Source of the DNA: Pseudogymnoascus verrucosus
Taxonomy: Eukaryota
NCBI GenBank assembly: GCA_001662655.1
Contig: KV460208.1
DNA length: 64,000 bases
Direction: 5' to 3' (one strand)
A model generated the notes under the pieces. The model did not search any database. It was given only the letters and a program-made list of their open reading frames with translations, and was not told the origin of the DNA. Position numbers and translations under genes: made by a program. This document shows, piece by piece, positions 39,412 through 51,916 of the stretch (the first letter of the stretch is position 1; every line of letters begins with the position of its first letter).

Positions 39412-41430
39412 ATGCTGTTATCTTCAGCGCCCATCGGCTCCGAGATCTTCGCCGGCATCTGCCTCATCGTCATATCGCTCGCCGTCATCTTGGTACTGCG
39501 CTACTACCTCCCCTTACGAACTACACCCGCATACATTCTCGTTCCTATTTTCTTCGCCTTAGCATTACCGACGAGCATCGTCTTCCTGGTACCCATAGAC
39601 CTCGCATCCAATGCCGGAACCGACGATGGAACAAGAGGCATCTGGCTGCAGGAACGCACACTCCTCGTCTCCTGGAGAATCACATACTGGCTCACCTTTG
39701 GCCTGACATGGTTCATCCTCCCTATCCTCGCTGAGTTCTCAGACGCCGGACACCGCGACGTCCAGGCGAAACTGATGTACTCGCTGCGCTCAAACGCTAA
39801 ATACCAAGCCATGGTTTTCGGATCGGGTATCCTGGGCCTGATCTACGTCTTCATCTCGGCCGGTGTGACGCCGACGTCGTTGAAGGGGTTGATAATGGCG
39901 TTGGCGTATGTGTGGGGTTTGATTCTGGCTATTTACTTGATGGGCCATGGATTGGTGGCGATTCCTAGGTCGTTGTTCCGGAAGGCGAATATTAGTGAGA
40001 GTTTACGACGCATACAAGCTTCGGCTCCGAAGATCCATGAGTCGATGGATGATTCGATTGAGAGATTGGAGGTGCTGGAGGCGCAGGTTATGTTGCTGAG
40101 CCAGAGGAAATCGGGAACTGCTATGCATTTCCAGGAATGGATTGAAGAACTGGGAGAGCTCTGCAACTTGCCAGAGTCGCGGCCGAGGACGACGTCGCGG
40201 CGGATGTCGATACCAGCAGTGTCTGTACCGACGGTTATAACAGAGAATTACCTCGCAGATCTTACAAGATCTCTCACCAGAGCCCGTCACAAGCGCATAC
40301 GATATATGGACGAATGGGACAGACTAGTTCAGAACTCCGTCGCAACCCAAGCTATCCTTGACTCCGCGGCTTCCAAAAAGCTCGAAATCGGAGCATCTTC
40401 TCCCCGCGCATCGTTCTTTGAGCGCCTCACTATCTTCACGCCATATACCCGTTATTTATATTATTACCACATGGTTCCCTATATGAGGATCCTTTTCGCC
40501 GGCCTCCTCTCCGTGGCTTCAGTCTGCATCGTCTGGTCCGAAGTCATCAAGCTAGTCAACTCGAACCTCTCCGTCATCTCACGCACCGTAGTCCACCACC
40601 CAAACAGCGACCGCGGCCAAATCGGCTTCCCAGGCCAGATGATCGCAGCAGGGTGGATCTTCTACATGTGCGCCGCAGCCCTAACATCCATGACCGAAGT
40701 CAAAGTCTGGCGCGGCCGCGCCCTCGTCAGGCGCAACACAGGCTACGAATCGGCATTCTGGTACGCCATGCAAGTTGCCCGTCTCTCCGTCCCACTCTCC
40801 TACAATTTCATGACCTTCCTCACCCCCGACGTCTACGAGAAGACGATCTTCTACAAGTTCCTCGGCAAACTCATCAACCTCACACCCCTGGGCACGGGTT
40901 TCGATTACTTCTTCCCAATCTTCATTTTAATCCCCGTCTCCGCTGCACTCTTCAACTTCTATGGAAAGGCGAAGCGCATGCTGGGCTTCAGCCTCGATGA
41001 TGACAGTGATGACGAGGAAAACGCCACCGGCTACGGCACCGGCGGGTGGCGCGAAGGCCGCGACCTCATCGAACGCGAAGTCGGCGGGAGCGCCTCGCTC
41101 GCACACCTGCGCAACCCGCAAAACGGCGCGGGTAGTAGCAGCAACGGCCCTGCCATCGCTGCATCCAACCTCGCGTCTCGCTCAACGGCGGCGCCGAGGG
41201 TGAATTCCAGTGTCCGGCCACATGTTAATGAGACTGGGGATGAGGGGTTCTTTGGGTCGTTCGGACATAGAGTCAGGAATACGATTGATACTATTGAGAC
41301 GCCTGACTGGATACAGGGGCTGAAGAAGCCGAAGTGGATGGGGGGGGATGGGGAGTCGGGACACTCGAGGGGGGAGGGGAGCGTGACTAGATTGTTCGGG
41401 GGGAATCAGGATGGGAGGGTGAGGTTGTAA
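39412..41430 (+). CDS. LMBR1-domain multi-pass membrane protein (LMBRD2-like)
   Basis: LVPIDL, WRITYWLTFGLTWFILP, GHGLVAIPR and RLSVPLSYNF; multiple TM helices; 672 aa, intronless. Confidence 0.85.
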   Translation: MLLSSAPIGSEIFAGICLIVISLAVILVLRYYLPLRTTPAYILVPIFFALALPTSIVFLVPIDLASNAGTDDGTRGIWLQERTLLVSWRITYWLTFGLTWFILPILAEFSDAGHRDVQAKLMYSLRSNAKYQAMVFGSGILGLIYVFISAGVTPTSLKGLIMALAYVWGLILAIYLMGHGLVAIPRSLFRKANISESLRRIQASAPKIHESMDDSIERLEVLEAQVMLLSQRKSGTAMHFQEWIEELGELCNLPESRPRTTSRRMSIPAVSVPTVITENYLADLTRSLTRARHKRIRYMDEWDRLVQNSVATQAILDSAASKKLEIGASSPRASFFERLTIFTPYTRYLYYYHMVPYMRILFAGLLSVASVCIVWSEVIKLVNSNLSVISRTVVHHPNSDRGQIGFPGQMIAAGWIFYMCAAALTSMTEVKVWRGRALVRRNTGYESAFWYAMQVARLSVPLSYNFMTFLTPDVYEKTIFYKFLGKLINLTPLGTGFDYFFPIFILIPVSAALFNFYGKAKRMLGFSLDDDSDDEENATGYGTGGWREGRDLIEREVGGSASLAHLRNPQNGAGSSSNGPAIAASNLASRSTAAPRVNSSVRPHVNETGDEGFFGSFGHRVRNTIDTIETPDWIQGLKKPKWMGGDGESGHSRGEGSVTRLFGGNQDGRVRL

Positions 41431-42420
41431 GTATGTATTAATTTCTGTTGCTGGAAAGGCAGCGATGTATGATGATGGGGTGTTTTGATTGGGGGTTGGG
41501 GTTTTGTATAGACGAGCTCGATTATTGGAGTTTGGGGATTGCAGGAGAGATGACGGGATTGTCACTTTCTTTGCGTACGATAGTAATACATACATATTTT
41601 TTTTGTTCATAACCGGGGTATTCAGTTCTTCGTTGGTGTTTATACTTTAGAAACTGTGCTATAGCTTCTTCACATCTTGGCCTGGGTTTATTATAGAATT
41701 GAGGGAAACTTCGTATTAGAAAGTGAATCTAGTTTCTCTGGTTCAGTTTCAGAATATGGTTTTTCGCTCCAAGGAATGTTCGTAGCCATTAAACAAACAT
41801 GTTGAGATGATACCGATGGTCTTCGGTATGGAATTACTTTATTGATAGTTGTGTAGACGCGATAATCAACACTCATCGCAGACAAATTTCGACCTAGAGA
41901 TCCATGATACCAAGTATTAGAGGTCGGGTCGAACTGAAGTAGCTCTCGTGACGAGCAAGGGAGAGGGAGAACATGGGGCAATGGTCGGGCGGTGACAAGA
42001 AGGAAAGTTGACAAGATGGAGATGACAGCATAAATTAGCGGCGGTAAGAAGTATCAACGGTGGGGGTGTGAGGGACGAATCCTGCCCTCAAGCTCTTCTA
42101 TCGTTCTGGCTGGTTCGTTCACTTCCGGCGCCTGAATAGTTTGTCGACACATTCACCCTGTTGCGCACGAGACCAGCCCAAACTTCCTTTTCTAGACTGT
42201 TTGTAGTTCAAAATATGGCTCACATCCCCACCCAACAGCCTCTAGATGCAGGGTGGCACTTAGAGCTGAAGAAAAGTATGAATTTCTATTCTGTTGTAGC
42301 GTCTCTAATGCATCCGCATGTCCTGCTCCCAGCGCATTCGTGTTAAACAATACGCTATTAACGCCCCTCATGTCATTCGTACAATATAATCCCAAAGTTG
42401 TATATCAAAAGCCGACCCTC

Positions 42421-44064
42421 CTACCAATCCCTCGCCAACCGAGACTGTGGCCCAGCGACACCCCCGTCACCACTTCCCTCAGCCTGGGTCTCCGGTAGCT
42501 CCCTCGCTCCAATCCCTTCACCACTTGCCTCACCCTGGGCCACTAGTATCTCCTCCGCTGTGCTCAGTCCCTCACCCGTCGCCTTATCCGATTCTCCTAC
42601 GTCCCCGCCGCCATCTTCCTTCTCCGCTCCCTCGCCAGCCGCCGCCTGCGCAGCCTCCTGAGCGGCGGTTTCTGCAGCCACTCTCTCCGCTTCAGCAGCC
42701 TCCTCCCTCCGCCTCCGCGCATTATCTTCCTCTTCCCTTGCCGCAACATGTCTCTCCCCAACCCCAGGCCACAAGCTCGCCAAAAACAGCAGCGTCGCGT
42801 GCTCTACCCTCCGCACCTGCGACATGAACCACCCTGCATTCTGACGCTGACGCTGCTCTATCAACCGCTGCGCAACGCGCTGCGGATCCAGTTCTCCAGC
42901 CCTACCCTCCGTACCAGCCCCAGCCCCAGCTGCTGCAGCCCCCCCGGCCGCCGCGCCCTCGGGGTTAACTGCGGGCATGGCGAGGGGGATCAGGTTCTCC
43001 AGGTGGCGGCGGATTGGGGCCCAGTCGATGAGGCCCGTGTTGATGAAGAAGAAGACGACGCTGAGGCCTGTGATCATGCACCAGCGCCACCAGCTGGTGT
43101 TGCCGGAGGTGAAGAACCAGACGAAGCCGATTAAGCGAACGACGAGCCATATGTGCGGTGCGAGTTGGGCAGCAAGAGCGCCCGCAGCGGCGGGGTTGCC
43201 TTGGTGGCCCATCAGAACGGGTTCTGGTTGCGCTCCATGGTGTTGAGCTTGTAGTTGAGCCTGGCGGCGAGCTTGGGGGTGAGGTCGGGGTTGAGGCTGG
43301 AAATGCTGGGGTTGGTAGTGCTGAGGCTGGAAGTGCTGAGGCTGGTATATTGGTTGCTGTCCAGGCTGGTGGGGGGTATGAGCGGCGTGGGCGTGTGGCA
43401 GGGCAGTAGTAGCAGTCGGGGATGAAGTGTAGTAAGAGGAGGGATTGCTGAGTAGAAGGGCTCGGGGCCCACTAGGCGTGGAGAGTATGTAGACCGTTGG
43501 AGCGCTGGTGGGTGCAGGCTGGTGAGCTCCAGTTTCGGTTGGGCCAACGGGGACAGGTGCGTGCATTGTAGGAAACGTCTGCTGGGGCAGTTGAGACGAG
43601 GATGGAGGGGTTTCAGTCTGGAAAGGCACTGCTTGTGGTTGTGTTTGACTGTTCTGTTGAGTCGTGCGTGGCTGGGGAGTTGGCATATAAGGCGGAGGGT
43701 CTTGCGCCGGTGGTCGTAAGACTAAGTGTAATGATTGCGAATCCTCGTTGCTCAGCTATGAACAAGTTAGCACGGAGGTATATGGATAGTGGATGGGTAT
43801 TCGTACTGTTTCTTTCCCAAATATATCTGCCATAGTTTCTACTTCCGTCAATTGGCGGCCTCTATGGATAAGCCTCTGGTGGTCATCATGCGGCTTCGTC
43901 TGGACCCTCTCACGGATCTTGGCCTTCAGTTGCTGGACAGTTGTAGCAATCGGCAGGTTTGGGAAAGAGAATGGACCATGGGAGCCCAACGACGGCGAGA
44001 TGATATGAAGCGTAAAGGTTTGCGACGCCGGCGCGTCATTGTTGGCAGCTATCGTGGTCGCCAT
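42421..44064 (-). CDS. N-terminal ubiquitin-like domain ER membrane protein (HERP/Usa1-like); 2 exons
   Basis: UBL segment TTVQQLKAKI...QRLIHRGRQL, hydrophobic hairpin IWLVVRLIGFVWFF, C-terminal LFLASLWPG. Intron 43806-43756. Confidence 0.7.
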
Positions 44065-44431
44065 ATTGATTATGAAGCGGATGATAAAGCGTAGGTCGAA
44101 GCTATAGTTCTCATGGGAGACGACAGATTGTTCTGAGAAGTCCCCTCAGGCCTCGCTGGCGCTGGAGCTTTTCGAAAGAGTCAGTCCTAAATGTTCAAAG
44201 CAGGCGCTCATGATATTCCAAAGAAATGCATTGGATCGAACTTATTCATCCAGGTACCGCCTTCCCTACATTTGGTTCCACGTAGCCTTCCCATCGGCCG
44301 CGTCCTCCGGCAAGCGAGTAGCGCCGCTCCGACAGCGACAAAATCGTCATAGCTTGCTCTGGCCCTCTTCACAAGCCTCAATGGCATAACCGCGGGCGTC
44401 AAATTTAAAATTAATTTATACAACCCCAACA

Positions 44432-46152
44432 ATGCGCGCCCCACGCACGCTCAGGGCGTTGCCGTCGCCGTCGACATGTCTCCTCAGAACATCACATCAA
44501 CGCCCCCAATTTAGATATCAGCAGCAATCGAGCAGGTTCGTGCATATGGATCATAGTGGGCATAACGGCCGTCGCGGGCATCAGCCTGGGAAGCGACCAT
44601 TCTCGACAGGCAAGGGGGGGAAAAGGAAACAGGAGCAGGGCGAACCTTTTCACCGGAGGTTGGGGAGGGCATTGAGGAGTACGAAAATCAGATGGTATCC
44701 CATACCTGCAGCGCTGGGGATTGGGTTCCTTGGTCTCGCCCAGCTGTACAAGATCAATGAGCGGGAGAAGAAGGCGAGACGTGAAGAGGAGGGCGAGCCA
44801 TACAGGAGGAAGAGGATACGGCCCACTGGTCCTTGGTACGTAAATCCTACAATTCTCCTCGATGACTTCTCCAGCAGCTGCTAACGTCTGGCGCAGGCAA
44901 GTCCAAGTCATGTCGACTCTCCCCCTTAAAGCGATGTCGCGCCTCTGGGGTCGCTTCAACGAGCTCGTCATTCCCTACTATCTCCGCGTACCCGGCTTTA
45001 AACTATACTCCTGGATCTTCGGCGTTAAGTATGTTCCCCCCTATCACACCCCAAAGCATCATTCCAGCTAACCCCTCCAGCCTCTCCGAAGTCTCCGAAC
45101 CCGACCTACACGCCTATCCCAACCTGGCAGCATTCTTCTCGCGTACCCTCCGTCCTGGCGTACGCCCCCTAGACCCTAACCCGTCTGCCCTTCTCTCCCC
45201 CGCCGATGGCCGCGTCCTCTCTTTCGGCCTTATCGATGGCGGCGAAGTCGAGCAAGTAAAGGGTATGACCTACTCCCTTGACGCCCTTCTCGGAACCTCG
45301 CACCCATCCTCGGCCCCCAACCTCTCCTCGCCCTCCCACCTCTTCGCCCGCGAAACCCCTGCGCACCACCATCAGCACGTCGAATCTGAGGCCCTCGTCA
45401 AGCGCGACGAGGAATTTGCTATCCTAAACGGCATCCGCTACACCCTCCCCGGCCTCCTCTCCGGGGCCCCATCAAGCCCGCACCCCCCACCAACCGACGC
45501 GTCGACACCCTCCCTCCCTCCCTCCGAAGAAGAAGTCACCGACTCCCTCGCTGTTCCATGGTACAACCCACCCCGCCGCACTGCTCTCTACTACTGCGTC
45601 ATCTACCTCGCGCCGGGCGACTACCACAGATTCCACTCCCCCACCGCATGGGTAGCTGAGAAGCGCCGCCATTTCGCAGGAGAACTCTACTCTGTGTCAC
45701 CGTACCTCCAGCGCACTCTTCCAGGGCTGTTCACACTCAATGAGCGCGTCGCCCTTCTTGGTCGCTGGCGCCATGGGTTCTTCAGCATGACGCCCGTAGG
45801 CGCTACGAACGTCGGCAGTATCGTCATCAACTTCGACGCCGAACTCCGCACTAACTCCTTGCTGTCGGATAAGGCGGCGGACAAATCGCCTAATGGATAT
45901 GCAGAGGCTACGTACGGGGCTGCTAGTCGCGTGCTGCATGGGCGCGCGTTAGGGAGGGGAGAGGAAATGGGTGGGTTCAGGTTGGGGAGTACGGTCGTAC
46001 TGGTTTTCGAGGCGCCAGAGGGCGAGATGGGGGAGAAAGAGGGGTGGGATGGAGAGGGGCAGTGGAGAAAGGGAGGTTGGAATTGGGGAGTCAGGAATGG
46101 CCAGAGAGTTAAGGTTGGGGAGGCCCTAGGGTGGGTAGATGAGAAGGTATAG
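44432..46152 (+). CDS. PSD1: Mitochondrial phosphatidylserine decarboxylase proenzyme; 3 exons
   Basis: SPADG, YLAPGDYHRFHSP, VGATNVGSI and autocleavage motif LGST. Arg-rich presequence. Introns 44836-44896 and 45029-45080. Confidence 0.93.
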
Positions 46153-46829
46153 ATGCATGTATATCGGTAAGACATATGGGTGGAATTCATGTACTCATAT
46201 GTATGGCCTGGTACCACCAACCTGGTTCTTTGGTTATCATTTACGGAGTTTTGGAAAATAGACAGGTTGCCCATTCATGCGGCTCGCAAGGCTGTGGAAG
46301 GACTACGCATACCAGTCAGCTAGAGCATTTAGTATAACTCATTGCCGCTTAATTGTTTATAGCAAATATAAATAATATCAAGACCCCTAACTAGCCAATG
46401 CTGTGAAGATCACATTACGGTCTTTAATGGGGTTGAGGAGGCCTCTTCTTTAAGATGGCCAAGCTCCTTCTTCTCCCAGCTATAAGTCCGTTAATATATC
46501 GTTACTATTATACTTCTAAGAAATTGCTCCTGTGTACAGAAACAAAGTCTCGAATTGAAATTGAACGCCCGCTCTCGAGCTACATAACGCGTACACAAAA
46601 TGACAATCCAGTCGCATGAGAATGCAGCTATCCTTCGCGCCGAAAAATGCCTCTTCCCATCCGCAATGATAGCAACTCACCAGAAGGCGCACCAGAAAAT
46701 AGGTGGGGGGCTACGAAGTTGTCTTGTCTTCTTGCACTCTAAGAAAATCAAGAATCCTCAAATCATGTTCTTGCTCCGCCTGTGAGAACCAGACAAGCAG
46801 CCTGGAACAGAAAGACCTATGTACCTTTT

Positions 46830-47688
46830 AGCCACTGTCTGGGTTCTTCTCCTCTGGGGATTTGCTGAGGTAGATACGGTGCAGATCGGTGTGTACGATA
46901 TATTCTTCTCATCAACCGGGAGCGTGAAGAAGCAACATATGGGTTTATTAGCGACCTCGCGGACTCAGACTAAAACAGAATGAACTCTTCAAAGCTGAGG
47001 GGTGGTCTGTCTCTAATGTAGGTGAGTGCCACTACCCATATTTTAATACGGGTATTGTACTTCACCAGGGCCCGGGTTAGAAAAATGCAGGTGAGTTGGG
47101 CTGTCGTGATAAAGGAGGACAAGGTGACGAGGTATTCATCCATATCTCATTTCCCAATATGAGTCTTATGAGGAAGAACGACCGAATAAAAAACAGCACT
47201 ATTTACAGATCTGTGATATAACTCTGGTTATCGATATTGACCAGGCTGAATGTTTTCTTCCATGCAGAACAGCAGTCTTATCAAGTGGACAAGCTGGGCA
47301 CCTACTGCATGAACACGTCGAGCTCCGCGAGATTTTTGAGCACAGCACTGATTGGCCTGCTGGGACGCCGTTGAATTTTATTGTGCAGCATCAGAATATC
47401 GAGTTCAGTTACAAGTTCCCATTACGGAAATCCGTCGGCGTTAGAAACGGGGGTGAGCGTGATGATGATCTCATTGATGTCGAGCTTTCCAGATTTGCTC
47501 GTTTCAAACCGCTGGATGAGATTTGGATATTCACTGAGCCACATCCGAATCGATTGTAGGTTCAAATATGTGGTAAGTCTCGAGTGCTACCCCAGGAGAA
47601 GGCTACGGACATGTCGGACAAGATCTGCAGGATTATTGAGGCGTTTGCTGCGAACCCAGAGATGAAGTTGGAGGATATTATGTTGTAG
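46830..47688 (+). pseudogene. Relic of a fungal NRPS C-terminus (thiolation plus terminal condensation domain)
   Basis: VW..LL...IGVYDIFF (T-domain-like), frameshifted ISHF-QYE (SHxQYD-like) at ~47142, FLPCR, EIFEHSTDWP...IVQHQNI. In-frame TAG at 47557-47559; terminal TAG at 47686-47688. Confidence 0.6.
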
Positions 47689-47785
47689 GTAGGCTTTCTT
47701 GTATAGTAATGACAGCTTTTCGCATTTATTGGCGTTAGCTATATTAGTTATTTAGATATTAAATTAGTAATAGAAGATCTAGAAA

Positions 47786-47863
47786 TAGCCAATCAGATTT
47801 TGAGGTGGAACTTAAGACTGAGGAAGGTCAGATTTAAGTTCAACCTCAAAATCTGATTGGCTA
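47786..47863. mobile_element. Small TA-bounded inverted-repeat (hairpin) element, MITE-like
   Basis: 36-bp arms (TAGCCAATCAGATTTTGAGG...) with 3 mismatches around a GGAAGG loop; TA at both ends. Confidence 0.55.
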
Positions 47864-47985
47864 CCATGCCATCACCACACTAAAATCCCGTGATATTCCC
47901 GTGACCCACAACCTATAATTTTTCTTTCACATCCACAGCAGCCTGATACATATAAAATAATACTCCTCTAGAGTCCAATCAAATA

Positions 47986-48071
47986 GGCCGGGTGGTGTAG
48001 TTGGTTATCACGTTTCGTTAACATTTCAATATGTCCCGAAAAGGTCCTGGGATCGAACCCCAGCCTGGTCA
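47986..48071 (+). tRNA. tRNA-Val(AAC) with 12-nt intron (48024-48035)
   Basis: Acceptor stem GGCCGGG/CCTGGTC, A-box TGGTGTAGTTGG, anticodon stem TTTCG/CGAAA with AAC at 48020-48022, T-arm CTGGG-ATCGAAC-CCCAG, T6 Pol III terminator at 48075-48080. Confidence 0.93.
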
Positions 48072-48766
48072 CTATTTTTTGGTGATTTTTTATATTTTTA
48101 TATATCATTTTTATAGAAAAGGAGTACGTAGATGACGCCGTTGAGATTGGGAAGGTACGTTGTAGTAGTTCGGACAGTAAAGTAAAAGTCGAGGAAGGTG
48201 CGAACGGCGTGGTTGCCTTTTTTAACTGACTTTATTAAGTCACATATATTTTTTGAGTATATTTTAAATTTTGTATACTTATATAAAACCGGCTCCATGA
48301 TCCCAACCCACGAAACAACACAATGACTCTCACATGTCCTTTGAAGGTGTGCTCCATTGGATTACTGTGCAATTGAGATGGCGGAGGATTAGGGAGGAGC
48401 ACCCAGATGAGTCGGGGCTGTTGTTGTCGTCGAATCAACAGCTTCATCTCCATCTTCATCCCTTCTATTACAAACGATTGGATGAGCGATGGTTGCCAAA
48501 GGTTTAAGCGAAGCAGGGCCAAAGGAATTCCGCTTTCCCGCCTTTTAGCCATCCTGTTTCTAGACTAGCTTATAGTAAGCAAGCTGCAGGTTAGAAGGGA
48601 TGACTACAGCCAATCAATTTTAGGGAGGACCTTCCGCAGACAGATATATAGAACATCTCGTGCCTCTCTATGATAATCTATGCTAAAAACAATTCCTTCC
48701 TTCTTTAACTCTCTTCCTTTTCATTGAAGAAACCAGCCCGGTTTCACCAACGCAAAGCTCCAGTCT

Positions 48767-49958
48767 ATGATGGCCGGATATCAAATGTCAACGCCAATAG
48801 ATTGCGAGAAAGCACTCGACACATCAAATCTGAAAGGGAAAACTGCAATTGTCACCGGAGGTAAGCTTACTCTCGTTCAAAATATCGATAGTGTCTGAGA
48901 AGTGCATAGGCGCAAATGGAATAGGTGAGGCGTATGTGAAGGCACTTTCTGCTGCGGGGTTTGTGCTCATGCATCTCATGGAAAAGTCAACCTCGCTAAC
49001 TATTTCGAAAGTGTCAATGTATGCATTGGGGACATGGACTCCGACAGAGGTACCAAATTGGCATTAAGTCTAGGAAGGTAAGCCTTGTCACAAAGTCAAA
49101 TTTCACATTCAACGCTGATATTTTCGAAGTGCAAAATTCGTGAAATGTGATGTATCGAAATGGGACGACCAGGTTCGACTATTCACTGAAGCTGCATCTT
49201 TCACTGGAAGGGTAGATTATGTTGTTGCGAATGCAGGCATATGTCCCGAAGATCAAGTCTTCTCTTTCGCAGGTGGTTTACCTCTGCTCGGATGAGCTTG
49301 CGTTTGACTTTCAACTGACAATAATGAAACAGGGGAAGACAAAGAACCCACAGAACCAAATCTGAAAGCAATTGACGTGAATTTGAAGGGTACATTATAC
49401 ACGACCAAGCTCGCGATGCATTATTTCATCAAACAGAACGGAGAAAAGCTATCGCCACAGCAAGAAGATACTTGCTTGGTACTGATCGGATCCGGAGCTG
49501 CCTTCCTTGATTGCCCGCGAGGTCCAGTGTATCCAAGCACAAAGTGGGGAGTGCGAGGTATCATGCACACGTTGAGAAGGACTGCATTTTACCATGGCAC
49601 TCGTGTCAATCTCATTTCGCCCTGGTAAATATGCCCCAAGCCCCATCCTCACATAGCTCCGCTGATAGATCGATGTAGGTACGTCAAGACTTCGATTCTG
49701 TCAACCGAGGAGTTCGCCCACGTGGAATCTCGCGGAGTGCAATTTGCCGAAGCTGAAGATGCTGGGAGTGCGCTACTAAGGCTCCTGTCCGACACGACCA
49801 TAAATGGGAGATCATTGTTCGTCTCGGCGAGGAAATGGGCTCCTGCGGGATACTTGGACTTGGATGTTGATGATTATCCTGGAAATGAGCTGATACAAGA
49901 GATCCAAGTGGCTCAGATGGCGGCAGCTCCGGTTGAAGAGGGCTTGTTTGTGAGATAG
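48767..49958 (+). CDS. Short-chain dehydrogenase/reductase; 6 exons
   Basis: TAIVTG|GANGIG, KCDV, VVANAGI, catalytic YPSTK, RVNLISPW. Five GT-AG introns, two with AAG acceptors. Confidence 0.87.
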
Positions 49959-50126
49959 TCTATGTTCAAAATATTGTTAACACAAAATCAGAGGAACTTT
50001 AATCGGTTTTGACCTGATATTGTTGACCATATCCTAGAAGATTAAAGTACAGCTCTAAAAGTATCTTCATGCACCATGATAAAGCCACGCAAAGACGAGT
50101 CGTGGGGTTCAACAGCCTGCTCGAGA

Positions 50127-51186
50127 TCAAGAACGCACTGATTCCAAAGGTGTGACATCGAAAACAATCGCCTCTTCGCCGCGTTTCCCCCTCCAATGAT
50201 TTGTCGAAAACAACAGTTCTGGAGAACCTCTCAACATCCACCCCCATTTGCTGATAAACTCGGTCGTAGCTTCCCAGCCAAGAGGATCCCATGGATCACC
50301 CCAGACAATGAGCCCACTCCTCTCACTAGGCGCATGGCATACCTCTACCAAATCATGGCATAGATCATCATCATCAAAGTCCTCGCCCTGAGATAGCATA
50401 TTGTCTCGCAGTGCCGGAAACGGAAACAGATCAATCCACGGGTGATGTGGTACTTTCCGTTGAAGCTCTGTAGGCTGCAGACTGGCAGGACAACACCAGC
50501 GTGACTCTCCTAGGTTATAGGGGGAGTCGGCTTCTGCGCTCAACCAGGTAAATGGAAACCCGAGAGTGAATGTGTTGCTTACTAAGGCACGGAAGACGTT
50601 GAATTGGATCAGAGTGAGGAGGAGATCAACGCGTGGGGAGCTGACTATATATTGCTGAGAGAGGGAATTCTCTACTCGTGCGATCACGCCCTGGACCTGA
50701 GAAGCTGATAGCCCGGAGGTAGGCGAGGCATGTCTAAATTGGGGCTCAGAGGGCTGACTAGGGCCGTGCAAGTCTGCAGGTAGTGTGTACTGTGTGTCAG
50801 GGGTGATATCGTCTAGACAAGCCACGGAATGTGGATCGTCGCTAGGGTAAGTTTTACCAGGGCCTTGTTCGAATGAGCCAGTCGAAGCAGCAAGCATTTT
50901 CAGTTCCTTTATCTTTTTCCCTGTGATGCATTAGAGTGATATGGTGCAGAGAGCACGACGTCTAGCTAGACGTATGACATGGCATGTGCTCTTCTAAAGC
51001 ATACAACTTACGGTACTTTCTTTGATGCAACCTATTCTGGCGCTTTCTCCGCTCTGCGGCATCTGTACTCCCTGTCCAGTCATCTTCCACAACACGGACT
51101 TCTGCTTGCTGTGGCATCCGACCGAGCAGGACCACAGGGTGCCTAATTTCTCCCCAGCTCCTCTCATCGGGGCCCATCCTGTGCAT
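50127..51186 (-). CDS. bZIP plus DUF3425-type fungal transcription factor; 2 exons (start may be ATG 51117)
   Basis: DDWTG...ERRKRQNRLHQRKYR basic region; PASLQPTELQRKVPHHPWIDLFPFPALRDN and GLIVWGDPWDPLGWE. Confidence 0.85.
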
Positions 51187-51370
51187 GGCTGGCGGCTACG
51201 CACTCCAAGACAATACCGACCTATCAAGAGCAGGAATGCAGTAGGTAGGTGCACACAGGCCAAGAAGCAGGACATGGGTGGTTTTATTGCTGATCGTATT
51301 GGTGTTGGGCAGGAGGATGTTGGAGAAAGTAGGAATATGTGTGGCATAATTATTACCTAGGTACATATTA

Positions 51371-51916
51371 TATGTGTTCCGGCCCAGCCACCAACTAGCC
51401 GGCCGAACCACCAACTTTTGAGTTGCTGGTTCGGCCGGCCAGCCAGTTGGCCAACCAGCGAAGTTGGTGGCAGTGTTCCCCAAGAATAGGATTAGTATTT
51501 GTGGTTTTCGAGTAGTATTCGGCGATGAGCAGTATTCGGGCTAAAACTAGGGTATTCGGCGAGTATTTGCCTAAGACTCGAATACTATTCGAGTCCTTGG
51601 CATGCACGGCCCAGAACGCCAAGCTACGAAGATTAGCAGGCAAAGTAGTATTAGTATTCAGTTATCGCACTTGCTAGTACACGTGACTGTCAATAAGGGA
51701 CCACTAACTTTTAAAATATCCCACTATAGCCTATCATATTTCATTACTATATACTACAGTTGAGCCTCAAAATACGCAAATACTCAAATACTATTCGGCG
51801 AGGATTCGTATGAGTATTCGCCGAATACTCTCAGATGGCGAGTATTCGGGAAAACCCCGAATACTATTCGAATACTATTTGGGGAACACTGGTTGGTGGT
51901 TGGGCCGGAACATGTA
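51371..51916. mobile_element. TA-flanked MITE (Tc1/mariner-like), interrupted by a second element
   Basis: Left end TATGTGTTCCGGCCCAGCCACCAAC; reverse complement of right end TACATGTTCCGGCCCAACCACCAAC. Internal hairpin; ~117 bp once the insert is removed. Confidence 0.65.
51471..51891. mobile_element. Non-autonomous hAT-type element (421 bp)
   Basis: Perfect 13-bp TIR CAGTGTTCCCCAA / TTGGGGAACACTG, perfect 8-bp TSD GTTGGTGG (51463-51470 and 51892-51899), many subterminal AGTATTCG/CGAATACT copies. Confidence 0.88.

Noticed and set aside
41691..42014. 107-aa minus-strand ORF between convergent genes
   Set aside because: No ATG start or recognisable motif; could be a relic but cannot be supported.
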